Shown here: positions 1-10,999 of the stretch, piece by piece | Position numbering within the stretch: the stretch's first letter is position 1 | Layout: each line of letters starts with the position of its first letter | From: Monocercomonoides exilis PA203 | Lineage: Eukaryota; Protista; Preaxostyla | DNA length: 64,000 nt | Direction: 5' to 3' | Assembly (NCBI GenBank): GCA_001643675.2 | Contig: LSRY02000065.1 | Span: forward strand, 186,001-250,000 | The notes under the pieces: model-generated | What the model was told of the DNA's origin: nothing | Seen by the model: the letters and a program-made list of their open reading frames with translations, nothing else | Database searches by the model: none | Program-made: the position numbers and the translations under genes

Positions 1-73
1 CTATTTGAATAATATAGAATCAAAGGTTTATTTGAATTTTGTGTAACTCTATTAAAGGTTATTATTCAAATAG

Positions 74-598
74 AATGCTGAAATGGAAGTACTTTTAGAT
101 GAGCATGTACAGCAGCAAATGCTTGCTGCAAAGGTTTGCATCAATAACTTGTGCCTATTAATTTTTTATCTTTTGTTAATTTTTTATCATAATTTATTTT
201 ATTTTTTTCAGGAAGAAGCAGAAATGGCACATATGAATGCAGTTGTAACTGCATCAAAGAGCCTTCATCATTTGGTATCCACAAAAACTCAACCATCAAT
301 TTTTGCCTCTCCATATGCTACTCAGAAGCCTACTATATGTGGAGAAGATGTGGAGCAGTTTATTGAAAAGCAGACAAAGGATGTAGTCAAAACAAGGATG
401 ATGACCCAGCGCTTGTCGAGAACAAGAGCAATGGCTTCTGAAACAATGGGAAGAACCGATAACATGGCAAAAGAAACTCAGAAAAGAGCAACACTTAAAG
501 ATGGAAGTGGAAGAGGAAGAACAATTGGAGGAGTGGAAAAAATGGGTACTACAAGTAAAACTTCTCAGTTATCAACACGTGGAAGAGGGAGAATGTGA
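74..598 (+). CDS. 3' exons of a hypothetical protein, probably starting upstream of the window; probable in-frame 78-nt intron 134-211
   Basis: The acceptor-like TAG at 71-73 precedes the frame. The AT-rich GTTTGC...TTCAG segment 134-211 interrupts coding-like sequence. Stop TGA at 596-598. No family recognised. Confidence 0.55.
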   Translation, partial: NAEMEVLLDEHVQQQMLAAKVCINNLCLLIFYLLLIFYHNLFYFFQEEAEMAHMNAVVTASKSLHHLVSTKTQPSIFASPYATQKPTICGEDVEQFIEKQTKDVVKTRMMTQRLSRTRAMASETMGRTDNMAKETQKRATLKDGSGRGRTIGGVEKMGTTSKTSQLSTRGRGRM

Positions 599-966
599 GA
601 ACGAAAAAAGAATCTTTTGAAAAAACTAACTTTTGTTTTCTTTCTAGCGATTTTTGTTTTTGTTATTCGAATTTCATGTTATATTCATCCCATTCATTTC
701 AAAGCATTTCACTCAATTCAGCTTTACAACACACAAAATGAGCAAAAACAAGCGGCATTTTGAAAATCTTTTTGATTCGCATGAAATGAAATGAAATGAA
801 ATGGAAACACTTTTTAAATTGAAATGAGTGAAGTGTTGAAAAGCAATGAAGTGAAATGTTTTTATGATTTTAAGTTCGTGGAGCTTTTTGAATGGAAAGA
901 TTGATAAATAGAAATTGATAACAAATGATTGCATTGACACTCAAGATAATTGTTCTAAAAAAGTGC

Positions 967-1882
967 TCACAAACCTCCCAATGCCTCTGGAAGACGCTCT
1001 ATGTTGTACCTGCGAGCAGTCCTACCTCCTATATACATTATTGGAACTCCTGGAATTTTTCTTAATCTTCTTTTCAAATCACGATCATTTGTTGCAACAA
1101 TATAAACAGGATCCTGTGGAAAAAAGACATGAAAATTTCAAGAAAAATGAAAATCATTTTTTTTTCAATAAAAAAAAACCTTGGCAACAATATTGCAAAT
1201 GCAATCATCAGCATATGTTCCTTTGTGCATGCAATGAATCCTCTCAAATCGTGGATCTTTTGCAATTCTGTTAAGAAGATGATTTAGCAATGAAAAAGAA
1301 AAAATAAAAATTTCCTTAATAATAAAAATAAGAAATATATAAACCTTAATGCAATGCGATACTTGGGCCCAAGTTTTTCAAGCTCGGCAAGAACACAATC
1401 ACTTATGCATGGTGTACCTTCATTATGAGATTATGGTACGGAAACTTAAAAAATATCAAAACAAATAAACTGCAAACATTTTGCCAAAAGGCAATCCATC
1501 ATCGATTGAACCAAGTCTAATTTTCTTTGAATGGAATGATTTATAAAGTTTGTATCAACGATTATGCGATAAGGTGGTCCAAGTGCCTCATTATGCGAAA
1601 AGAACATCGTTGACTGAACCTTGGGACTATAATAATGAATAAATTTAATAAATGCAGAATAAAAATATTCAATGCAAGAAATTAAGTTTTTGTTTTCAAA
1701 CGCTTCAACTGGAGCAAGTCTTTCTGCTTGTCGTTTCTTTTGTCTTTCCAGCTTTTCCTGTGCACTTGATCTGTCAAAAACGTTAAATGTGATCATAAAA
1801 AATAAACAACAAACAATCTTGGATCGCTTGGTGAAATTATTTTCTTCACAGTTGCAAATTTCTTGAATTTTGATTTTGGCAT
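967..1882 (-). CDS. FCF1: rRNA-processing PIN-domain protein Fcf1/Utp24, 6 exons
   Basis: Spliced translation [23 protein letters not shown]...[90 protein letters not shown]...[25 protein letters not shown]...YNIERLPEA matches Fcf1 motifs. Five GT-AG introns restore the frame. Confidence 0.95.
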
Positions 1883-1932
1883 TTTTGAATTTTTCTAATG
1901 GGCCGTGCCCAAATTCAAAATTTGTTGTGAAA
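1883..1932. promoter_or_regulatory. 50-bp divergent (bidirectional) promoter with dyad symmetry
   Basis: FCF1 ATG at 1882 (-) and KDSR ATG at 1933 (+). The interval contains TTTTGAATTT...AAATTCAAAA inverted arms around TGGGC-CGT-GCCCA. Confidence 0.6.
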
Positions 1933-3381
1933 ATGAATTGGCTTGGAGGCTCTTTGTTAACGTTGTACTTCCTTGGTACATTTTTTGTAGTTCCATTTAC
2001 AGTTTTATATTCCCACTTTGGAAATGTGAATGAGTATCTTCCTTATCTTCACGAAATCATATCTGGATTCGTTATTCTGTTGTACTTGCTTTCTCAACGC
2101 ATGTTCAACGGAGTTCTTGAGTTCATTTGTGGTATTGGAGCTGCAATCTCTCAACTTATGTCCGGATTTTCAACTGTTCAGTTTTTGGTAAATGAACACG
2201 AATCTCTTTCAATGTTTGAGAAAGTTCATTTGCTTTGCAGCCTTGTATTTTCTTTCATCTTAATTGTCGGAATAACTGCTGTTATTGTTGGCCTATTTGT
2301 CCTTTTGTTCTGGGGATCTGCCGTTTGGATTATTGACCAATTTCGTGTTGATCGTTACAAAGAATTCAGAAAGGAAGGAAATAAAGCACATGTGATTATT
2401 ACTGGAGGTGGAACCGGATTAGGAAAGGCAGCAGCCATTCTTTTTGCAGAAATGGGAGTTGGACACATTACCGTTATCTCTCGTAACATATCTCATCTTG
2501 AGAAAACAAAAGAAATTGCAATGAAGCGTGCAAAGTTTCCACAAAAACAGCATATTCACCCACTTGCATGCGATGTCACCGATCTTGAAATGCTGAAAGA
2601 AAAATTGACCCAACATATCGAGGAGACAGGTATTCCTGATCTTGTTATCTGCTCAGCTGGAGCTTCTCTTCCTGGGTACTTCCTCGAAGTCTCTCAAGAA
2701 GTCTTCTACAAGCAGATGAATCTGAATTACATGGGATGTGTGAACACTGTGAAGGCCATTGCCCCGCTGATGTTGGACCGCCCTGCCCCGTCGCTTTTCC
2801 ATCGCGGGTTCCTGAAGAGGTCTCACCCGCACAAGGGAGAGATATGCCTGGTCAGCAGCGCACTCGGAGTGATGGGGAGCATCGGGTATTCGATGTACTG
2901 CCCCACAAAATATGCTGTGAGAGGGCTGGCTGAATGCCTGCGACAGGAGTTTGCTCCGATGGGTCTGAACATCTCGTGCTTCTACCCTTCGAACATGAAG
3001 ACCGAGTCGTTTGCGATTGAAATGCAAACAAAACCAATCGAAGCACGCAAGATCGACGAGCAGGCAGCGACCATCACACCCGAAAGAGGTGCAGAGCAGC
3101 TGCTGCGTGGGCTGAGCAGGGCGCAGTTCCACATCTCCACTGAGTGGTTGATTGACGGGCTGAGAGGACTGTCGAACGGGATATCTCCGACTGGAACACC
3201 TGTGCTGGAGTTCTTCATCATCCCAGCAACGTTTGTGATTGGGAAGGTCTACAGATGGTACATGGACCTTATCTGCGAGTCTGAGGCAGCGAAAAAGGGC
3301 ACAGGCAAAGAAAAGCAAAAGAAGGAGAAAGGGAAAGAGGAAAGCCACAGCGAAATGAAAATGAAGAAGAAGCCCGAATAA
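1933..3381 (+). CDS. KDSR: 3-ketodihydrosphingosine reductase (SDR family) with N-terminal multi-TM extension
   Basis: [12 protein letters not shown] (Rossmann motif), [36 protein letters not shown] (YxxxK), [14 protein letters not shown]; typical KDSR/TSC10 signature. First ATG at 1933; intronless. Confidence 0.85.
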   Translation: MNWLGGSLLTLYFLGTFFVVPFTVLYSHFGNVNEYLPYLHEIISGFVILLYLLSQRMFNGVLEFICGIGAAISQLMSGFSTVQFLVNEHESLSMFEKVHLLCSLVFSFILIVGITAVIVGLFVLLFWGSAVWIIDQFRVDRYKEFRKEGNKAHVIITGGGTGLGKAAAILFAEMGVGHITVISRNISHLEKTKEIAMKRAKFPQKQHIHPLACDVTDLEMLKEKLTQHIEETGIPDLVICSAGASLPGYFLEVSQEVFYKQMNLNYMGCVNTVKAIAPLMLDRPAPSLFHRGFLKRSHPHKGEICLVSSALGVMGSIGYSMYCPTKYAVRGLAECLRQEFAPMGLNISCFYPSNMKTESFAIEMQTKPIEARKIDEQAATITPERGAEQLLRGLSRAQFHISTEWLIDGLRGLSNGISPTGTPVLEFFIIPATFVIGKVYRWYMDLICESEAAKKGTGKEKQKKEKGKEESHSEMKMKKKPE

Positions 3382-3733
3382 ACTGTTAACCTTTTATAAA
3401 AATCATATCATTAAAAAATTTATTTCTCAAGTCTCCATTTATTGTTCCTATTTGAATTTTCTTGGTGTTTCATTTTTCGCTCTGTGACTTCTAGTTACTT
3501 CAGATGCGACGTAACTTTTTTAGAACAAGAATAAATGCAAAAATGTGGAGAAAACACACAATCAGAATTTTTGTGTTTAAAAAAGTGAAATGTCAAGTCA
3601 ATACAGAAAGTAAAAAGTTAACAAAAAAACATAAATACGAAAGTGAGTGTGCGTTTCTTTTCTTTTCTTTTCTTCTTTCTCTTTTGAACTCTTCTCTTCT
3701 CTTCTCTTCTCTTCCCATTCCAATTTATTCCCT

Positions 3734-6211
3734 TTATGAAATGAGGGAAATGCTCATGATTCTAATATCATCCAACGGTCTGTCTCTTCTGTCGGTCTTC
3801 ACCTTCTCAATCAGCTGCACCGCCTCTGTCCCTTTCACCACCCTCCCAAACACCGTATGCTTGCCATCCAGCCACGGCGTGGGCACAAACGTGATGAAGA
3901 ACTGCGACCCGTTCGTGTTCGGCCCTGCATTCGCCATGGAAAGTGTGAACGGCTTGTCGTGTTTGAGCGACGGGTGGAACTCATCCTCAAACTCCTTGCC
4001 CCAAATGGATGTTCCGCCAGTCCCATCGCCCGACGGATCCCCTCCTTGCATCATGAACCCCTTGATCACCCTGTGGAACGTGAGGTTGTTGTAGTAGCCA
4101 TTCCGCGCATGCACCGTGAAGTTCTCAACTGTCTTCGGACACTCCTTCCCAAACAGCCTGACCGTGATGTCTCCGAGTGTCGTGTGCAGAATAGCCCCTT
4201 TTGCCAGATGCCGCTCTTCTTCCTCGACCGACGCGGCTTTTGCCTCTTCCGCATTCGGCTTCTCGTTGAGGACATTGCGAGACACTTCTCTGAATATTCA
4301 AATAAATAAATAAATAAATAAATAGAATAAAACAAAATTATGAATAATTGACGAATGGAAAAGGAGAGTCGTGTTTGAAGAAGTTGTGAGCGAAGAAATA
4401 TCGATGAAGAATAACCGTATCAAGGAAAAATGTGTGTTTTTTTTAATAATTCAATAAAAATATATTATGTTAATAATTGAGTTTATAACAAAATAAACAC
4501 ACCCTTCCTCCTTTGGCTCTCTGTTGGAGAAGATGTAAAACCGATCCTTTTGGAAAGCGGTGCAGAACAGGCACGGGTCAGGGATGTCTTTGTACTTGGC
4601 CATCTCCAGCATTCTGGGTGTGCCGATGAATGTGGAGGGGATGGAGGGGACACCTTGAAACAGACACACCTGCAGAAATCGGGTGCCTGTCTCGTGCTGT
4701 CCAATCAGACGCAGCAGCCTCCGAGAGTCGATGTGCATAACTAAGATTCAACGATATAAATAAATAAATAGAATTTTATAAAATAAAAGTTATTTTTGTT
4801 TTCATAATTTATTTTTGATTTATTTTTAAAAAATCATCAAAATATCAGAAGGAGTTTGATGATTTTGATAACAAAAATATTTGTATGCAGACAAATAATT
4901 AAAATAAAAATAAAAATAAAATATAAACCTTTGATTCCAAAGCAAGTAGCATAGATCAGAATTTGCCCAGTTTCGTCAAACACAGCATTCCAGGGAGCGC
5001 CCAGGTGTCTTGTGCTGAACTCTTCTTTCTCCTCTTTCTCCTCTTTCTCTTCGCCAGCATCTGACGGAGTGGTCGAAGAGGAGCTCTTTGCTTCTCTTGC
5101 CAGCGCAGCCGCAGACGCTGCATGGTTTGCGCGGTCGATGCTCTTCTCTGTGTTGATGCGGTGTCCAAACTCGATGCTGTCAATGAATAGCTGGCTGTCC
5201 TTCGGCGCCACTTTCTGCAGCTCCACCGCCGTTGCGATGCTTTCATCGAATTCGCACTTGATCTTTCCGCTGGCCGTGTCATACACACGCACAATCCTGT
5301 CGCTTCCCACACACGCAAATTGAGATCCGTCTTTTGAAGCTGCCAAAGAAAGCGCCACGCTCTTCTTTGCAGCCAATGCCCCCAAATCAGTCTTTGCTAC
5401 CTTTGAAAATTTGACTCCATGAACAGGTTGTTCAGGATTTTTTCGATCCCATAATGAGAGCATTCCGCTAGTGTCACTGGAAATAACAGCATCAAATGAT
5501 GGAAGAAAGCACATATGAGTTACAGAATGAATATGTGCTGTGGAGAAAGTTTGCAATGGTGTATCATCACCCTTTGCATCATAAACATAGATAAACGAAG
5601 ATGAAGAATCTGCAACAGCAACAAGAGAATGTGCATCTCGTGGCTTTGTTATCATGCAACATGTTGAAGGTACAAAGTCAAGTTCTATGATATTTATCAT
5701 GTCAAATGAAGTTACGTCAAATATTTTTAATGTTTTGTCCGTTGAACAACTAACAAGTGTAGCTCCATTCGAACTGCAAGATAATCCCGTAATAGGGCCA
5801 AGATGAGCCTTGAATGTTTTGACAAATTCTAATTTTAATGGTAATTTTCTCCAAAATTTTATAAATCCATCCTGGCTTGCCGTTATCAAAAAATGTCCAG
5901 ATGTTAAAACCAAATTTGATAAAATATCTCTGTGCTTAAAACTTAACTCATAATTGATAGCTGACGGCAAAGCTAAAATAGCTTTCTCAACTTCAGGTTC
6001 TGGTTAAAAAGATAATTATAATATTAAACAATGTTTGGAAGGAAAAGAATATACCTATTCTTAATCGTTTGTTAACACTAACTTCCTCTTCTTCCTCTTC
6101 GTCTTCATATTCAGAATATTCTTCATATTCAGATTCTTCCTCTTCTTTTTCATTGTTTGCTTGTTTCAATGAAATATCAACATCTTTAGTAAGAATTGTA
6201 TCTTTATTCAT
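3734..6211 (-). CDS. PPWD1: Peptidyl-prolyl isomerase with WD40 repeats (spliceosomal cyclophilin), 4 exons
   Basis: WD part [15 protein letters not shown]...[15 protein letters not shown]...[11 protein letters not shown]; cyclophilin part [35 protein letters not shown]...[17 protein letters not shown]. Introns approx. 6000-6054, 4741-4928 and 4290-4502 restore the frame. Confidence 0.95.
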
Positions 6212-6870
6212 TGTAAATGTTTCTACAGTTCTTTTTAAAAATATGCTTTACGAAATAATAGTGTTTAACTTGCAAATTTTGCAAAAATTTAAAAAATAAA
6301 TGTTTATCCTACAAAATTATTAATTTACGGTTTAGATCATAAATAGCTTTTTTTTGTTTGTGACATAGCACTGGAATGCATTAGGTGCCAAAAAGATAAG
6401 ATTATCTACATGTGTTCTCAAAAAATTATTGAATTTGGAGTTTGATAGATATTTAAGGTATTTTGAGATCAATCAACTTCAAATAAATGAACAAAGCTGA
6501 AAATTGAATATCAATAAATAATTTCGGAATAAAAAAAGATATTTTTCAATTATTATTGAATCGTAAAACGAAATGCTAATCAGTGATTGATTTGAAATTA
6601 GAAGGTTTGATTATTTCTGAAGCAATTCGATTTGGGATGATATTTTTTTTATAATGAATTTTGTTCCATTCTGCACATTTAATTATATTTCTCTGTTTTG
6701 AAAACTTTCCTTTTTTTTATTTTTTTGTTGTTGTTGTTGTTGTTGTTGTGCCATTTTGACTTAATTGAACGTATAATTTTGAAATACGAGATTTCAAAGA
6801 TTTTTGAACAAAAAATCGATTTTTCAAAGAAAAATGAACCCAATATAAAACAAATTGTGATTATACATAT

Positions 6871-7111
6871 GGGTGATAATGTTTGAAAAGTCGCAAATGT
6901 TTAATTTTCAAATAAATCAAAATTTTTATATTTTTCTCAAATTTTTGTTAACATTCACCAAACTTCACTAATATGGAATCTATTTTTTTGATAATGCTAT
7001 TTCATGAATTGGAAAGAAGATTCATGAGCGGAAACAGAAATTTGAGCAAAACATGAATTTTTTGATTTATTTAAAAATTTAACATTTGCGACTTTTCAAA
7101 AATAATTACCC
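6871..7111. mobile_element. MITE family A, copy 1 (GGGTGAT...ATTACCC termini, ~60-bp imperfect TIR, ATAT target duplication)
   Basis: gggtgataatgtttgaaaagtcgcaaatgtt... pairs with ...aacatttgcgacttttcaaaaataattaccc; ATAT at 6867-6870 and 7112-7115. Confidence 0.8.
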
Positions 7112-7722
7112 ATATATGGCCCTGTTATTATATATGTTATTAAATGAATGGAAGAGTGCAAAAAACGTTCGTGCACAAAATAATTGAATTCTAACGAATG
7201 CGATTGTATTTGATGTTATTATATCCCGTTTTGACAAAATTAATTTTGAAATCATGTGTCAGATCAGTGGATGAATAGAATACCACTTTGCAGTCATGTG
7301 AAAAGAAAATTTTGAAAAGCTAAAAAGCCATCAAATTGTTGTCTTTTTGAAATCATTTCCCCACAGAAATGAAAAAAAAATTATTTTTTGTGTTTTACAT
7401 GAAAAAACATTAATTTGATTTCAAAGTTTTTGCTCAAAATTATTCGAATAAAAAAATTGATTGAATAAAATAGTAACAAAAAGAAATTCTCAAATTGATA
7501 GAAATAAGATTTAATGTACAGAAAAGTTGATAATTTTCATTAAAAAATTCCATTATAATTTTTCCTTCTTTTTCAATAGCCAGTGAAAAATTAAAGATTT
7601 AATGATCATTTTCAAATTGAACTTGAATTGAAATGAATTGAAAGATTGAAAAACACATTTCCCGGAAAAAAATTTATGAGAAAAAAATAATAAACCATAT
7701 GGCCTATCTTTTTTGACATATA

Positions 7723-8460
7723 CACCAAAAATTATTCACAATCGAAAAAATTAAAAAAAAAACATCGAAAATTATTATTCAGAATCGAAAAAGTTTAATT
7801 CAAGATCGAAAATATTTAATTCAACATCGAAAATGTTTAATTTAAAATCGAAAAAGAAGATAATTTGTTTAGAATTTCAATTCAAGTCAAAACCATAAAA
7901 GTTTTTTTGAAACAAATGTTGATAATTACAAATGTTTATTTATTGGAAATGTTTTTCTTTCGTTTATAACAACTGTCTTCTACGATACAGACTGATATCA
8001 ATCGATTCTTTTCTCATTTTGAATATTGAAAATGTTATATTGTGTCAGCTTCCAATGCAATAAATAAAATTCAAAACATTTCGTATTCGATAAATGAGAT
8101 ATATTTCTGTCTTTTAGCGCACAAAACAAGATCATGAACTATCCTATCACTTTTATTTTTTGCTTATATTCCTTCGAATCACCGGAATACATGTGAAAAG
8201 TTAAATAATAATTCAGTTTTATCCTATTTCCACTATTTCACACAATCAAACACCATTAAACATCAAAAAATATTTTTCTAATTGAAATTGACAAATTTCT
8301 CAGATCGTGCTTCGAAATAAAAGAAAATGACATAAGTGTGAAATTTGAAATTTTGATTGAAAATTTTGATGATAAAGAATTTTCGATGTTGAATTAAATA
8401 TTTTCGATTTCGAATTGAAGTTTTCCGATTTCGAATAATAAATTTCGATCTTGAATTTTC
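7723..8460. mobile_element. Degenerate Foldback-like element (family C)
   Basis: Starts TA-CACCAAAAATTATTC like the element at 54550. ~21-bp TCGAAAA-containing repeats at 7723-7855 and their inverse at ~8378-8460; right terminus eroded. Confidence 0.55.
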
Positions 8461-8729
8461 TTTGTTTGATAATTTTTTATGTTTTATCAGTGGACGTTTC
8501 TGATTATTATGGGAATATTTTAAGAAATGCAATGCGTTTCATTCAAAAACTCAAATTTTTATTCATTTATTCAATATGAAGTGCGTAAATAAGTAATTAA
8601 TTATAATTTTGTTAATTATAATTTTTATTTTGAAAATATGTTGAATTGCAGAGCAATGTTATTAATTTGATTAATATTAAAATGTTGGAAAAATTCATAA
8701 TCACAAAAAAATTGAAAAGTCAAAAATTT

Positions 8730-8998
8730 GGGGAAAAATACGATCTTTCAAGCTTTTTTTTGCACAAGGCATTGAAAAACTGCTTCACTCATAACTTTAT
8801 TTTGCTTTCTCAGATTTCAAAATAAATTTGATTTTCAAATCTGCAAACAGGCAACAGTGAAATCATAACATGAAGATTTGTGTCATTCCGCGTATGTCAA
8901 AAAATTGACCCATTTTTATTGTATTTTTTGTACTCAGAAAATCAACGAAATGTGCATAATTTTTCAATGAAAATGCCTGAAGTGAAATATTTTTCCCC
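8730..8998. mobile_element. MITE family B, copy 1 (GGGGAAAAATA...TATTTTTCCCC, ATTT target duplication)
   Basis: 11-bp perfect TIR; ATTT on both sides (8726-8729, 8999-9002); colinear similarity over its full length to 53364-53631. Confidence 0.8.
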
Positions 8999-9474
8999 AT
9001 TTAATCTCAATAGAATTTGTTTCATTAAGTTTTAGCAAAAGCAATATCATATACAACATGCTTATCCTGGAACAACTCATTTTTACAAAAATCCCATTGA
9101 GAATGATTTTTTTGTTATAACTCGAACGAAAGTTTTGAAATCAAAAAATGATAAGCCTTATCGTGTTTAAAATAAAAATTTATAATTTTTAATTATGGAA
9201 ATAGAATGTGAAAGAAAAGTTTTCCTATTTTTTTGTATTCTTAAATAAAATACAACCAATTTATATCTAACTAGGATATGAATGATTCAAATATTGAAAA
9301 TGGTGATGAGTTTTTTTCTAACCATAATAGATATCATCTTATCTTTTCAAATTCCGCATCAGACTTGATCGTTAATAATTGAAGTTTGTATCATTTAATT
9401 TATTTTTGAGAATTTATTGTATTTATGCGTATGTTATCAAAATTGAACTTTATTTGTCACTTGTAAATTCAGCA

Positions 9475-10770
9475 ATGTCAATTATCCGCAAAATCGTCGC
9501 TCGTGAGATCTTGGACTCTCGTGCCCTTCCAACTGTGGAAGTTGATTTATTCACTGACAAAGGAATGTTCCGCGCAGCTGTTCCATCTGGTGCTTCAACT
9601 GGTATCTACGAAGCATTGGAGCTCCGTGATGGAGGTTCCCGCTTCCTTGGAAAGGGCGTGTCAAAAGCTGTTGCAAATGTCAACACCGTTATCGCACCAG
9701 CTTTGATTGGAAAATCAGTTATGGATCAACGTGCTCTTGATAAGATCATGTGCGATCTTGATGGTGACAAGAAGAAGAACACTCTTGGAGCCAATGCCAT
9801 TCTTCCAGTTTCAATGGCAGCATGCAGAGCCGCAGCAGCTGAAAAAGGTCTCCCATTGTACAGATACATCGGAGAATTGGCTGGAAATTCCACATTCCGT
9901 CTTCCAGTTCCATGCTTGAATGTCATCAACGGAGGAAAGCATGCTGGAAACAAGCTTCCAATGCAGGAATACATGATTGCTCCATGCGTTGCAACATCAT
10001 TCGCCGAATCCATCCGCATGGGAGCTGAAATCTACGGATGCTTGAAGGGCATTATCAAGGCTCGCTTTGGAATCGACGCCACCAACGTTGGAGATGAAGG
10101 AGGGTTTGCACCACCAGTTATCGATGTTATGGAACCACTTGAACTTCTTGTTGAAGCTATCGAGAAAGCTGGATACACAGGACGTGTTCGTATCTGCATG
10201 GATTCAGCAGCTTCTGAATTCTATGATGAAAAAGATAAGACATATAACCTTGGATTCAAGGATTCAACACCCAAGAAGATCTCTGGTGACGAATTGAAAG
10301 CCACATACGTTCAAATGGCCACAAAATATCCAATTGCCTCATTTGAAGATCCATTTGACCAAGACGATTTTGAGAGCTATGGAAAATTGACTGAAGAATT
10401 GAAAGAGAAACACGTTCAAGTTGTTGGAGATGATCTGCTTGTGACAAACACTGACAGAATTAAGATGGCTTTGGAAAGAAAAGCTTGCTCTTCATTGCTT
10501 CTCAAAGTTAACCAAATTGGATCAGTGACCGAAGCAATTGATGCTGCCAAGATGGCTCTTGATGCAGGATGGTCTGTTATGGTTTCTCATCGTTCCGGAG
10601 AAACTGAAGACACTTTCATCGCTGATCTTGTTGTTGGTCTCGGCTGCGGACAAATCAAGACAGGTGCTCCATGCAGAGGAGAAAGAACTGCTAAATATAA
10701 CCAGCTTATTCGCATTGAGGAAGAGCTTGGAAAAGAAGCTGTGTTCGGATATGAAGCATGGAAGCATTAA
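9475..10770 (+). CDS. ENO: Enolase (phosphopyruvate hydratase)
   Basis: [84 protein letters not shown]. Intronless, strong codon bias; ATG at 9475. Confidence 0.98.
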   Translation: MSIIRKIVAREILDSRALPTVEVDLFTDKGMFRAAVPSGASTGIYEALELRDGGSRFLGKGVSKAVANVNTVIAPALIGKSVMDQRALDKIMCDLDGDKKKNTLGANAILPVSMAACRAAAAEKGLPLYRYIGELAGNSTFRLPVPCLNVINGGKHAGNKLPMQEYMIAPCVATSFAESIRMGAEIYGCLKGIIKARFGIDATNVGDEGGFAPPVIDVMEPLELLVEAIEKAGYTGRVRICMDSAASEFYDEKDKTYNLGFKDSTPKKISGDELKATYVQMATKYPIASFEDPFDQDDFESYGKLTEELKEKHVQVVGDDLLVTNTDRIKMALERKACSSLLLKVNQIGSVTEAIDAAKMALDAGWSVMVSHRSGETEDTFIADLVVGLGCGQIKTGAPCRGERTAKYNQLIRIEEELGKEAVFGYEAWKH

Positions 10771-10999
10771 ATGTTGTTAAAATTTTTTCTCTTTTTATAC
10801 ATATGCTTAGCAAATTGTACATATTCAACATTTTTATTTAAATAACATTCACAAGTAGTTATTGCATTTATTAAATCGTTTATTTTTATTTAAAGTTTCA
10901 AAGAAATGGAAATAAATCGAGATTATCGGGAAATATGATCATAAATGCAATTTTATAATATGAAAAAACTTGATCTTTTTTGAGCATTTTTCTATGTGC

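Noticed and set aside
781-860. (GAAAT)n pentamer tract as a telomeric or centromeric repeat
   Set aside because: Only a few degenerate units between convergent 3' ends; ordinary microsatellite.
9379-9474. N-terminal extension (targeting peptide) on enolase, and likewise 1870-1932 on KDSR
   Set aside because: ORF-caller artefact from TTG starts; the true ATGs are at 9475 and 1933.
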